Of a DNA stretch of 64,000 bases, positions 39,692 through 52,627 are shown piece after piece. A program made the translations under genes and the position numbers. The stretch is taken from assembly GCA_965227695.1 (NCBI GenBank), contig OZ245760.1, positions 317,034 through 381,033 on the forward strand. Direction: 5' to 3'. The notes under the pieces are model-generated. The model made no database searches and was not told where the DNA came from. It saw only the letters and a list, made by a program, of their open reading frames with translations. This DNA is from Gammaproteobacteria bacterium. Lineage in GTDB: Bacteria; Pseudomonadota; Gammaproteobacteria; UBA4575. Position 1 is the stretch's first letter; each line of letters begins with the position of its first letter.

Positions 39692-40587
39692 GAATGACTA
39701 TGGGCGGACAAAAAAAACGTAAAGGACTGGGTAATCTGGGAGTCGATATTCTACTATCTACACCGGTTGATACTGACCCGCCAGAACAAAAACAGAATAG
39801 TTCAGAGGGACTCGATTATCTGTCAATCGACTTGATCGACCGTAGCCCATACCAGCCTCGTCAAATCATGCAGGAGGAGGGCTTGGCCGAGCTGGCAGAT
39901 TCCATTAAAAGTCAGGGCCTGATCCAGCCGGTAGTCGTTAGAAAAGTGGCTAATCGGTATGAATTAATCGCGGGTGAACGTCGTTGGCGTGCTGCACAAC
40001 TGGCAGGACTGGAGCACATACCCGCAATAATCAAGCCTGTTGATAACGAATCGGCCGCTGCCATGGCACTGATTGAGAATTTACAAAGAGAAAACCTCAA
40101 TCCTGTTGAGGAAGCGCAGGCCATGGCAAATTTAACCAAAGAGTTTGACTGGACCCATCAGGAAGTGGCCGATGTATTGGGCAAAGCACGCGCCACCGTC
40201 AGCAACATGTTACGTCTACTCGAATTGTCAACAACGGTCCGCGATTTGATTAAACACGAAAAGCTGACCATGGGACATGCAAGAGCCCTGTTATCACTCC
40301 CGGCCAACCAGCAGGATCAGGTCGCTGAATTGGTGGTCACCAAAAAGTTGTCTGTCCGCCAGTGTGAACAGGAAATTCGTCGTCGCCTTCAAGGCGAAAA
40401 CCTATCGCCCAAAAATGACAAGAAAGATCCAAATATCCTGAACCTGGAACATTCGATTGCGGATGTGCTCGGCGCCTCCGTGCTGATAAAATCATCGGCC
40501 AATCACAAAAAAGGGAAAATAGAAATCAAGTACAATAGTTTGGATGAATTGGACGGCATCCTGCGTAAAATTGGTGCGAAACTTTAA
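39688..40587 (+). CDS. parB: chromosome partitioning protein ParB (Spo0J)
   Basis: 299 aa. ParB box GERRWRAA. HTH. C-terminal dimerisation region. Confidence 0.9.
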   Translation: MRMTMGGQKKRKGLGNLGVDILLSTPVDTDPPEQKQNSSEGLDYLSIDLIDRSPYQPRQIMQEEGLAELADSIKSQGLIQPVVVRKVANRYELIAGERRWRAAQLAGLEHIPAIIKPVDNESAAAMALIENLQRENLNPVEEAQAMANLTKEFDWTHQEVADVLGKARATVSNMLRLLELSTTVRDLIKHEKLTMGHARALLSLPANQQDQVAELVVTKKLSVRQCEQEIRRRLQGENLSPKNDKKDPNILNLEHSIADVLGASVLIKSSANHKKGKIEIKYNSLDELDGILRKIGAKL

Positions 40588-40684
40588 CTCCAGTTTGCAT
40601 AATGCAATCCAGTGCCTGCTTCTGAATTCACGAGTTGAGATTTTGCCCGTCAGCGCTTATACTCCGCGCCGCGAGCAGAATTCG

Positions 40685-40718
40685 TTTTAAATTATGGAGC
40701 TTGTTTCATAATTTAAAA
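40685..40718. promoter_or_regulatory. perfect 12-bp inverted repeat with a 10-bp spacer upstream of atpI
   Basis: ttttaaattatg-gagcttgttt-cataatttaaaa. The arms are exact reverse complements. About 60 bp upstream of the atpI start. Confidence 0.4.
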
Positions 40719-40779
40719 CGCATAGGGCATGAAGACACTTTGGATATTAAGGGCAAGCGCCTGATTAGACTCAAATAAA

Positions 40780-42038
<1,259 letters not shown>

Positions 42039-42083
42039 CTATATTTTACAAAATTCGGTTTTTAACAACATAAACATAAGTAA

Positions 42084-42329
<246 letters not shown>

Positions 42330-42373
42330 GCCTGAGCGGGCCAGATAGTTATCTAAACGAATGAGGTGTTAAG

Positions 42374-42844
42374 GTGAATATAAACGCCACGCTAATTGGA
42401 CAATCGATTGCATTTTTAATATTTGTATGGTTCTGCATGAAATTCGTCTGGCCTCCCATTACAGGGGCGTTGGCCGAACGCAAAAAGAAAATAGCGGAAG
42501 GACTGGAAGCGGCTGAAAGAGGCATGCAATCGCAGGAACTGGCCCAGGAGCAGGTCAAAGTCCAGCTAAATGAAGCCAAGCAACAGGCATCTGAAATAAT
42601 TAACCAGGCACAAAAACGAGCCAATGAAATTGTAGAAGAAGCTAAAGGTACGGCCACCAAAGAAGGTGAACGTATCAAGGCGGCTGCTCATTCAGACATC
42701 GAAAAAGAGATCAATAGGGCAAAAGAACAGTTACGCACTCAGGTCTCGGCACTCGCAGTGGCAGGCGCCGAAAAAGTCCTAAATAAAGAAATTAATGCCG
42801 ATGCTCATCGAGCTGTGCTTGATGACCTGGCGGCACAAATTTAA
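42374..42844 (+). CDS. atpF: F0F1 ATP synthase subunit b
   Basis: GTG start. N-terminal TM helix then a long charged helix. Confidence 0.9.
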   Translation: MNINATLIGQSIAFLIFVWFCMKFVWPPITGALAERKKKIAEGLEAAERGMQSQELAQEQVKVQLNEAKQQASEIINQAQKRANEIVEEAKGTATKEGERIKAAAHSDIEKEINRAKEQLRTQVSALAVAGAEKVLNKEINADAHRAVLDDLAAQI

Positions 42845-42853
42845 GGAACCCAA

Positions 42854-43390
42854 GTGTCAGAATTAACAACCGCAGCACGCCCATATGCTCGAGCCGCATT
42901 TAAATATGCGACAGAACACCAGGTCGTCGATAAATGGCTGGACATGTTGAGTTTCTGTGCCGCCGTTGTGGAAGATGCAAGTATGAAAGCAGCACTTGAG
43001 CAGCCACGCCTGAACCGGCTGCAGAAAGGTGAGCTTTTCATTGAAGTATGTGCAGACCAGATTAATGAGCAGTGTAAAAACTTCATCAAAATGCTTGCTG
43101 AAAATGACCGGTTATCTTTGTTACCGGAAATAACAGTCTTATACCACCATGATCAACTGGAAGCAGAGGGTGCTGTTGACGCTGAGCTGATAAGTGCTCT
43201 GGAAGTCAGTGAGCAACAGGTCAGGTCAATCGAGCAATCACTTGCAAAACGATTAGGCAAAAAAGTTTCTTTGACGACCAGGATTGATAACACACTGATC
43301 GGTGGCGCGATTATTCGGGCGGGTGATATGGTCATTGATGGCTCGGTAAGAGGACGGCTTGAAAAGCTGTCAAACACTCTCAGCAACTAG
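42854..43390 (+). CDS. atpH: F0F1 ATP synthase subunit delta
   Basis: 178 aa OSCP/delta family. GTG start. Confidence 0.9.
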   Translation: MSELTTAARPYARAAFKYATEHQVVDKWLDMLSFCAAVVEDASMKAALEQPRLNRLQKGELFIEVCADQINEQCKNFIKMLAENDRLSLLPEITVLYHHDQLEAEGAVDAELISALEVSEQQVRSIEQSLAKRLGKKVSLTTRIDNTLIGGAIIRAGDMVIDGSVRGRLEKLSNTLSN

Positions 43391-43425
43391 AATTTATATT
43401 AATATAGAGTTCAAGAGGAATTCAT

Positions 43426-44967
43426 ATGCAACTCAACCCTACAGAAATTACAAGCTTAATCAAGCAGCGCATTGACAAGTTTGAAGCCGCATCAGAAGCA
43501 CGAACAGAAGGAACAGTGGTCGGGGTTACTGATGGTATTGTGCGGATCCATGGCTTGGCCGATGTCGTCTCAGGTGAAATGATCGAATTTCCCGGAGGTG
43601 TATTTGGTATGGCCCTGAACCTTGAACGGGATTCTGTCGGTGCCGTTGTTCTTGGAGATTACAAAACGATATCTGAAGGGGATAAAGTAAAGTGTACCGG
43701 TCATATACTGGAAGTCCCAACCGGACCTGAACTGCTTGGTCGTGTTGTGAATTCGCTGGGTGAGCCGATTGATGGCAAAGGTCCAGTCAATGCAAAAATC
43801 AGTTCACCAATTGAAAAGATTGCCCCGGGAGTGATTGAACGCAAGTCTGTAGATCAGCCAGTACAGACAGGTCTGAAGTCGATTGATGCGATGGTGCCAA
43901 TTGGAAGGGGGCAACGAGAGTTAATCATTGGTGACCGTCAGACAGGGAAAACAGCTGTCGCACTCGATGCAATAATCAACCAGAAAGGAACCGGCGTTAA
44001 GTGCATATATGTAGCCATTGGACAGAAAAACTCATCGGTTGCAAACGTTGTTCGAAAGCTGGAAGAACACGATGCGATGGAACATACAATTGTAGTCTCT
44101 GCTGCCGCGGCTGAATCTGCAGCAATGCAGTACATCGCGCCATATTCAGGTTGTACCATGGGTGAATATTTCCGTGACCGTGGTGAAGATGCATTAATAA
44201 TTTATGATGATTTATCAAAACAGGCAGTTGCATACAGACAAGTATCGCTGCTGTTGCGACGTCCGCCTGGTCGGGAAGCGTATCCCGGGGATGTGTTTTA
44301 TCTGCACTCCAGATTGCTGGAGCGGGCATCACGCGTTAATGAAGAATATGTTGAAGCATTTACTAATGGTGAGGTTAAGGGTAAAACAGGATCACTGACA
44401 GCATTACCCATCATCGAAACCCAGGCTGGAGATGTGTCAGCGTTCGTTCCTACCAATGTCATTTCAATTACTGACGGCCAGATCTTTCTTGAATCTAATT
44501 TGTTTAACTCGGGTTTTCGACCGGCAATTAATGCGGGATTGTCTGTATCACGTGTAGGTGGTTCCGCACAAACCAAAATCATCAAGAAGCTTGGTGGTGG
44601 TGTAAGACTGGCGCTTGCCCAGTATCGTGAATTGGCAGCATTTTCACAATTTGCATCAGACCTGGATGAGCAAACAAGAAAGCAGCTTGAACGCGGTGAG
44701 CGGGTAATGGAATTGATGAAGCAACCCCAGTACTCACCACTCACCGTAGGCGAAATGGCAGTATCACTTTATGCAGCTGACAAAGGCTATATTGATGATG
44801 TGCCAAAGAATAAAGTCGTGGCATTTGAATCTGCATTGCATGATTACCTCCGCTCAGAACAGAAAGAGCTGCTTGATAAAATCAATGAGTCAGGCGACTA
44901 CAATGATGAAATCGAGGCCGCAATCAAAGCTGCGGTTGAAGCATTTAAAGCAAATAACGTCTGGTAA
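43426..44967 (+). CDS. atpA: F0F1 ATP synthase subunit alpha
   Basis: 513 aa. Walker A GDRQTGKT. Confidence 0.95.
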   Translation: MQLNPTEITSLIKQRIDKFEAASEARTEGTVVGVTDGIVRIHGLADVVSGEMIEFPGGVFGMALNLERDSVGAVVLGDYKTISEGDKVKCTGHILEVPTGPELLGRVVNSLGEPIDGKGPVNAKISSPIEKIAPGVIERKSVDQPVQTGLKSIDAMVPIGRGQRELIIGDRQTGKTAVALDAIINQKGTGVKCIYVAIGQKNSSVANVVRKLEEHDAMEHTIVVSAAAAESAAMQYIAPYSGCTMGEYFRDRGEDALIIYDDLSKQAVAYRQVSLLLRRPPGREAYPGDVFYLHSRLLERASRVNEEYVEAFTNGEVKGKTGSLTALPIIETQAGDVSAFVPTNVISITDGQIFLESNLFNSGFRPAINAGLSVSRVGGSAQTKIIKKLGGGVRLALAQYRELAAFSQFASDLDEQTRKQLERGERVMELMKQPQYSPLTVGEMAVSLYAADKGYIDDVPKNKVVAFESALHDYLRSEQKELLDKINESGDYNDEIEAAIKAAVEAFKANNVW

Positions 44968-44972
44968 ATCAC

Positions 44973-45839
44973 ATGTCTGGCGCGAAGCAAATACGCTCAC
45001 AAATATCGAGTATTAAAAACACTCAAAAGATAACCAAGGCGATGGAAATGGTTGCGGCGAGCAAGATGCGCAAAGCACAAGACCGCATGAATGAAACTCG
45101 ACCCTATGCTGAAAAAATAAAACAGGTTATTAGCCACCTGGCATCGGCACATTCGGAATATAAGCACCCATATATGACTGCGCGTGAAGAAGTGAAGCGT
45201 GTGGGCGTCATTATTATTTCAACCGACCGTGGATTGTGCGGTGGGTTAAATATCAATTTATTCAAAACTGCACTTGGTTTGATAAAAGATTACCAGTCAG
45301 AAGGCGTAGAAATAGATTTGAGCATAATAGGCTCCAAGGGAATGGCATTTTTCAAACGCCTCAAAGGATTGAACATCGTTTCTCATGTCAATAATCTCGG
45401 TGATACGATTCATATGAATGAAGTCATAGGTCCGATTAAAGTTATGCTGGACGCGTATTCTGAAGGCAATATTGATCGATTACACCTGGTAGAAAATGAA
45501 TTTGTCAATACAATGTCGCAATCTCCCCAGCAAGTGACTTTACTGCCTTTGCCAAAAGAGGAAGAAGATATCAGGCAGCATCACTGGGACTATATCTATG
45601 AACCAGATGCAAAAGAAGTTCTTGACTCACTTCTGGTGAGATATATCGAATCCATAGTATATCGCGCAGTAGTGGAGAATGTCGCATGTGAGATGTCTGC
45701 ACGCATGATCGCCATGAAAAGCGCTTCAGATAATGCTGGTAATCTTATCGATGACCTCCAGCTTGTGTATAACAAGGCGCGTCAGGCATCGATTACACAG
45801 GAATTATCAGAAATTGTTGGCGGTGCAGCGGCTGTATAA
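44973..45839 (+). CDS. atpG: F0F1 ATP synthase subunit gamma
   Basis: 288 aa. Confidence 0.95.
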   Translation: MSGAKQIRSQISSIKNTQKITKAMEMVAASKMRKAQDRMNETRPYAEKIKQVISHLASAHSEYKHPYMTAREEVKRVGVIIISTDRGLCGGLNINLFKTALGLIKDYQSEGVEIDLSIIGSKGMAFFKRLKGLNIVSHVNNLGDTIHMNEVIGPIKVMLDAYSEGNIDRLHLVENEFVNTMSQSPQQVTLLPLPKEEEDIRQHHWDYIYEPDAKEVLDSLLVRYIESIVYRAVVENVACEMSARMIAMKSASDNAGNLIDDLQLVYNKARQASITQELSEIVGGAAAV

Positions 45840-45880
45840 TGCCGGGAAACACAGTACAGAATACTTAAAGATTGAAGTAA

Positions 45881-47269
<1,389 letters not shown>

Positions 47270-47274
47270 TAGAT

Positions 47275-47694
47275 ATGGCGAACTCAATGCATTTAGATAT
47301 CGTTAGTGCAGAAACTGAAATATTTTCAGGGACCGTGAACGCGGTAATTGCACCTGCTATTGTTGGAGATGTCGGGATATTTCCACAACATACCCCTTTA
47401 ATAACCCGTTTAAAACCCGGAGAATTAAAGATTGAAATTGAGGGTGAAGAAGACCGGTTCATATATGTGTCTGGAGGCATGCTGGAAGTACAGCCGGATG
47501 TAGTGACTGTACTGTCAGATACCGCAATCCGCGCTGAAGATCTGGATGAAAGTATGGCATTGGAGGCCAAGCAAAAGGCAGAAGAATCACTCAAAGACAA
47601 GCAGTCTGAAATTGATAGTGCACGCGCACTGGCTGAACTGGCAGAAGCAGCCGCTCAACTGCGTTTAATCGAGAAAATGCGAAGAAGCAGATAG
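47275..47694 (+). CDS. atpC: F0F1 ATP synthase subunit epsilon
   Basis: 139 aa. Confidence 0.95.
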   Translation: MANSMHLDIVSAETEIFSGTVNAVIAPAIVGDVGIFPQHTPLITRLKPGELKIEIEGEEDRFIYVSGGMLEVQPDVVTVLSDTAIRAEDLDESMALEAKQKAEESLKDKQSEIDSARALAELAEAAAQLRLIEKMRRSR

Positions 47695-47729
47695 TAGATA
47701 GAAGACAGTTTTGAGATAAATTGAAGATA

Positions 47730-47760
47730 AAGGCAGCCAAATGGCTGCCTTTTTCATTTT
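47730..47760 (+). terminator. rho-independent terminator of the atp operon
   Basis: aaggcagcc-aaat-ggctgcctt followed by ttttcatttt. Confidence 0.7.
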
Positions 47761-47820
47761 TATGTAAAGGTAACTAGTTCAAAATATAAATCAGGAATAT
47801 AGTATAACCTTCTATCTTTA

Positions 47821-49209
47821 TTGAAACTTATCCATGATATGTCTTTGAACGTCGTTATTTTAGCTGCCGGACAGGGCACGCGAATGAAAAGCAAACTACC
47901 CAAAGTACTTCACCAGGTCGGGGGTAGAACAATGCTGGCACATACTGTTGCCACAGCCGAGCAGTTAGGGGCCAATAGAATCATAGTAGTGTATGGCCAT
48001 GGTGGTGAACGGGTAAGATCATCGATTGATAATAGTAAAATCGAGTGGGTCGAACAGGCCCAGAGGTTAGGGACCGGCCATGCGGTTCAGCAGGCGATCC
48101 CATACTTTGATGCAACTGAAGATGAAAGAATAATCATCCTCTATGGTGATGTCCCTCTGGTGACGCATAGCACTCTGGAAAAATTAACAAGAGCTCAAAA
48201 GCCAGGATCAATAGCGATATTAACAACAATAATGCCAGACCCTACTGGATACGGACGGATTGTAAGAAATAAACATCAGCATGTAGAGGCAATTATTGAA
48301 GAAAAGGATGCCAGTGAAAAGATCAGGGCGATTGATGAAATCAATACCGGAATACTCTGTGCCTCATCACAAAGCCTGATTAAATGGCTGGGACAAATAG
48401 ATAATAACAACCAACAAAAAGAATACTACCTGACAGATTGTATAGCACTGGCAGTTGAGGATGGTAAAGAGGTGGAAGCCGTTATTTGTCAGGATAAATC
48501 CGAAGTAATTGGCGTGAATAGTTGCATGCAGCTGGCAGAAGTTGAAAAGATATACCAACAGCGTCAGCGTAAAATATTAATGGACAATGGCGTCACGTTG
48601 CGGGACCCCGGCAGTATTTATGTGGAAGGGCAGACTGAAACAGGTAGCGATATAGTGATCGAGCCAGGAGTAAAGTTTAAAGGGCGTGTAAAAATTGGTG
48701 ACGATGTCTCGATAGGTATGAACAGTATCATTATCAATAGCGAAATCGGGAGTGGAACGGTAATACATCCAAATTCAGTAATTGAGCATTCAAACATCGG
48801 TGAAAAATGTGAAATAGGTCCTTTTGCAAGAGTACGACCCGATACAGAATTAGCCAGCCAGGTGAAAATTGGCAATTTCGTAGAGATAAAAAAATCAAAA
48901 ATAGCAACAGGCAGTAAAGTAAACCATCTAAGTTATATTGGTGATGCAACTATTGGTGAAACGACGAATATAGGAGCAGGGACAATCTGTTGTAATTATG
49001 ATGGGGCAAATAAACATAAAACCGAAATAGGCAATAATGTATTCATTGGATCTGATACACAATTAGTGGCGCCGGTAAAAATAAGTGATGGTGCCACCAT
49101 AGGTGCAGGGTCGACAATCACTCGTGATGTTCCCGCGGGTAAATTGACTCTCTCAAGAAATCAGCAGAAAACAATTGAAGACTGGCAACGGCCAGTTAAA
49201 CAAAAATAA
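47821..49209 (+). CDS. glmU: bifunctional GlcNAc-1-P uridyltransferase / GlcN-1-P acetyltransferase
   Basis: N-terminal LAAGQGTRMKS. C-terminal hexapeptide repeats. The true start may be the Met at about 47839 (MSLNVVILAAG). Confidence 0.9.
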   Translation: MKLIHDMSLNVVILAAGQGTRMKSKLPKVLHQVGGRTMLAHTVATAEQLGANRIIVVYGHGGERVRSSIDNSKIEWVEQAQRLGTGHAVQQAIPYFDATEDERIIILYGDVPLVTHSTLEKLTRAQKPGSIAILTTIMPDPTGYGRIVRNKHQHVEAIIEEKDASEKIRAIDEINTGILCASSQSLIKWLGQIDNNNQQKEYYLTDCIALAVEDGKEVEAVICQDKSEVIGVNSCMQLAEVEKIYQQRQRKILMDNGVTLRDPGSIYVEGQTETGSDIVIEPGVKFKGRVKIGDDVSIGMNSIIINSEIGSGTVIHPNSVIEHSNIGEKCEIGPFARVRPDTELASQVKIGNFVEIKKSKIATGSKVNHLSYIGDATIGETTNIGAGTICCNYDGANKHKTEIGNNVFIGSDTQLVAPVKISDGATIGAGSTITRDVPAGKLTLSRNQQKTIEDWQRPVKQK

Positions 49210-49232
49210 TGATGAAGTAAGGAGACTTAATC

Positions 49233-51062
49233 ATGTGTGGCATCGTTGGCGCAATCTCAAAGAGAGATGTATCAGATATACTTCTGGAAGGGTTAAAACG
49301 TCTGGAGTATCGGGGATATGATTCTGCTGGAATGGCAATACTCAATAAAGGTCTTCTTGAAAGAATTCGGCGCCCGGGAAAAGTATCAGAGCTTGGAAGT
49401 GCGCTGAAAGAGTCGAAACTCGGAGGTATTGTGGGGATCGCACATACACGCTGGGCGACACATGGTATCCCTTCTGAATATAACGCACATCCACATATAT
49501 GTAATGGCCGGGTCGCCATCGTTCATAACGGAATAATTGAAAACTATCAGCAGTTACGGGAACAACAGTCTAAAGCAGGGTTTAGGTTCACATCCGATAC
49601 AGACACCGAGGTAATCGCACACCAGATTGTATATTATCTGGAACAGGGTGAATCACTTTTCCACGCTGTTCAAAATACAGTGAAAGACCTTAAGGGGGCC
49701 TACGCACTTGGCGTGATAGACAGGACCGATGAAGAAAGAATTATTGCAGCACGCAGTGGCAGTCCACTTGTCATTGGTGTTGGTGAAAATGAAAATTTTA
49801 TTGCATCGGATGTACAGGCGTTACTCAAGGAGACGCAAAAATTCATATATCTTGAAAATGGCGATATCGCTGAAATAACGCGTGATAAAATTTCAATTTT
49901 CGATTTGAACGGCCAATTTGTAGAAAGGGAAATTAAATCGAGCAGCCAAAATTCAGATGCCGCAGAAAAAGGAGAGTTCCCCCATTACATGCTCAAAGAA
50001 ATTTATGAGCAGCCCCGCGCGATCGCAGATACCCTGGAAGGACGCGTGCTAAATGGCAGGGTGATGGATGAAATCCTTGGCCCAAAATCCAAACATATAT
50101 TAGACAGGGTTCAATCGGTACAGATAATCGCATGTGGCACAAGCTACCACGCGGGACTGGTTGCCAAATACTGGTTTGAAGAAATTGCAGGGATTCACTG
50201 CCATGTTGAGGTTGCAAGCGAATTTAGATACCGCAAGCATGTAGTCAGACCTGGAACTTTATTTGTTACCATATCGCAGTCAGGTGAAACCGCTGACAGT
50301 CTTGCTGCATTGCAGCAGGCGAGTTCAGAAAACTACGTTGGATCGCTGGTAATCTGTAATGTCCCTGAAAGTTCGCTGGTACGTGAATCCGATCTTGTTT
50401 TAATGACACATGCAGGGCCTGAGATTGGCGTAGCATCCACGAAAGCATTTACAACACAACTTGTTGCTCTGATGATGCTGGTGATTCTTGTTGGCCGGCG
50501 CAATGGGCTGCATCCTGAAATGGAAAAAATTCTGGTTGAGCAGCTTCTAAATTTACCAGTAAGAATCAATAAAGCACTTGCCCTGAATGACTCTATAAAA
50601 CAACTGGCGGAGTTATATAAAGACAAGAATCATGCGCTGTTTCTCGGCAGAGGTTCACATCATCCAATCGCGATGGAAGGTGCATTAAAGCTTAAAGAAA
50701 TATCATATATCCATGCTGAAGCGTACGCTGCCGGTGAATTAAAGCACGGACCCATTGCATTGGTCGATGCACAAATGCCAGTTATTACGGTAGCCCCTAA
50801 TAACGAACTACTTGAAAAACTCAAATCCAATATAGAAGAGGTACGGGCACGGGGCGGGGAAATGCATGTTTTTGCGGATGCAGGGTGTGCATTTAAATCT
50901 GATGAAACAATGCAACTGATAGAGCTGGATGCCCCTGAGAATGCTGTTGCACCGATTATCTTTACAATTCCACTTCAATTACTTTCATATCATGTTGCTG
51001 TTTTAAAAGGAACAGATGTTGATCAGCCGCGGAATCTGGCAAAATCCGTGACAGTTGAGTAA
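49233..51062 (+). CDS. glmS: glutamine--fructose-6-phosphate aminotransferase
   Basis: MCGIVGA N-terminal nucleophile. Two SIS domains. Ends KSVTVE. Confidence 0.95.
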   Translation: MCGIVGAISKRDVSDILLEGLKRLEYRGYDSAGMAILNKGLLERIRRPGKVSELGSALKESKLGGIVGIAHTRWATHGIPSEYNAHPHICNGRVAIVHNGIIENYQQLREQQSKAGFRFTSDTDTEVIAHQIVYYLEQGESLFHAVQNTVKDLKGAYALGVIDRTDEERIIAARSGSPLVIGVGENENFIASDVQALLKETQKFIYLENGDIAEITRDKISIFDLNGQFVEREIKSSSQNSDAAEKGEFPHYMLKEIYEQPRAIADTLEGRVLNGRVMDEILGPKSKHILDRVQSVQIIACGTSYHAGLVAKYWFEEIAGIHCHVEVASEFRYRKHVVRPGTLFVTISQSGETADSLAALQQASSENYVGSLVICNVPESSLVRESDLVLMTHAGPEIGVASTKAFTTQLVALMMLVILVGRRNGLHPEMEKILVEQLLNLPVRINKALALNDSIKQLAELYKDKNHALFLGRGSHHPIAMEGALKLKEISYIHAEAYAAGELKHGPIALVDAQMPVITVAPNNELLEKLKSNIEEVRARGGEMHVFADAGCAFKSDETMQLIELDAPENAVAPIIFTIPLQLLSYHVAVLKGTDVDQPRNLAKSVTVE

Positions 51063-51116
51063 TTTCACTTAGATCGCACGAATTGTAATTACTAATAACT
51101 GATAGCTTAACTAAAT

Positions 51117-52550
51117 ATGTCCATTGGAAAAGCAGTTTCGAGCTCAGTGCGATGGATGGTTGGAATGCGCGTAATAAGCCAAGTTTTTACTTGGGCTGCC
51201 ACGTTGATAGTAATTAGACTTCTCTCGCCTGAAGATTACGGCTTGATGGCCCTAGCATATGTAGTTATTGGGCTTTTAGATATTCTTGATGATATGGGCT
51301 TAGCGTCAGCGATAGTCAATAAAAAAGAGTTAACAGATAACTTTGTTCAAAAGATATTTGGTATGCTCTTTATATTCAACACCGGCTTCTATGTACTATT
51401 ATTTTTATCTGCTCCACTGGTTGCTAATTTCTTCGATGATCAAAGATTATCAATTATTATCCAAGTCTTAGGGTTGCAAACTATAATAAGGATATTTTTT
51501 TATATTCCAAACGCGCTTATGCGTCGAAATATGGAATTTAAAAGTGTGTCCCTCATTAAATTTTCTGCTGTATTATCACAGAGCATTATAATTTTATTTT
51601 TTGCATATCAAGGCTATGGTGTATGGTCATTAGTATATGGTGGGCTAGTTTATAGTATCGTTCAAACGATAGGATCAATGGCGCTTTCACACTATTTTCG
51701 ATTACCCGTTTTTTCATTTAAAGGGATTAGTGGAGCACTGAGCTTTGGAGGATTGATCACAGCACACAGGCTCCTGTACTATTTTTACGCATCTGCGGAT
51801 GCAGTTGTTTTAGGCAAGATATCTGGTCAGAAATCATTAGGCTATTATGCAGTGGCCAACCAAATTGCAAGTCTGCCTATCGATAAGTTTATGATGATTC
51901 TAAATGAAGTTGGTTTTTCTGCATTTTCAACTATTCAGGAGGACCAACGAAAGATGAATGATCTTTTATGTAAAGCAGTGCGGTTGCTCGGTATAGTCGT
52001 ATTTCCAGTTTTTATGGGTGTGTCGTGTACTGCGCCGGAGCTAGTCGAGGTAATATTGGGTGATAAATGGATGCCGGTTGCAACACCTTTACAAATAATT
52101 AGTGCTGTAATGGCGCTAAAAATGATGAATATTACAGATCCACTATTGTTCGCCATTGGCCGCCCGGATATTGGAGTAAAGGCTTTAGCTATTGGGTGTG
52201 TGATTATGCCGGTTGCTTTCTATATAGGGGCACATTGGGGAGCAGTTGGCGTAGCTTTTGCCTGGTTAGTCGCATATCCGCCGTATTTCTGTATTGCAAT
52301 GAAGTTTGTTCTTAGAACAATAGGAATGAGGTTAACTACTTATATTCGCGAATTCATATATCCAGCCGTATTTAGTGGTATTATGTATCTCGCGGTGACT
52401 TTGGTTAGAGAAGTTATAAGCCCACATTTGAACAATACTGTATTAGAATTGATAGTGCTGGTATTTGTTGGGGTGCTGACGTACACCACACTAGTGCTAT
52501 TGTTTCAAAGGGATGCTTTAAAACAACTATTCTCTATGGTTAGATACTGA
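51117..52550 (+). CDS. MOP-superfamily polysaccharide flippase (Wzx/PST family)
   Basis: 477 aa, about 12-14 TM helices. PST-family N-terminus (VISQVFTWAATLIVIRLLSPEDYGLMALAYVVIG). Confidence 0.75.
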   Translation: MSIGKAVSSSVRWMVGMRVISQVFTWAATLIVIRLLSPEDYGLMALAYVVIGLLDILDDMGLASAIVNKKELTDNFVQKIFGMLFIFNTGFYVLLFLSAPLVANFFDDQRLSIIIQVLGLQTIIRIFFYIPNALMRRNMEFKSVSLIKFSAVLSQSIIILFFAYQGYGVWSLVYGGLVYSIVQTIGSMALSHYFRLPVFSFKGISGALSFGGLITAHRLLYYFYASADAVVLGKISGQKSLGYYAVANQIASLPIDKFMMILNEVGFSAFSTIQEDQRKMNDLLCKAVRLLGIVVFPVFMGVSCTAPELVEVILGDKWMPVATPLQIISAVMALKMMNITDPLLFAIGRPDIGVKALAIGCVIMPVAFYIGAHWGAVGVAFAWLVAYPPYFCIAMKFVLRTIGMRLTTYIREFIYPAVFSGIMYLAVTLVREVISPHLNNTVLELIVLVFVGVLTYTTLVLLFQRDALKQLFSMVRY

Positions 52551-52627
52551 AGACTGTTGTCATGGGATCTTGAAACCCCGTCTGTATATCTTTATGTTTC
52601 AATATCTGTAATTGAGGAGCGTTATAA

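Noticed and set aside
40588-40779. Looked for a parS site (TGTTTCACGTGAAACA) next to parAB
   Set aside because: Only a half-site-like tgtttcat is present. No convincing 16-bp palindrome in this spacer. parS may lie inside parB or elsewhere.
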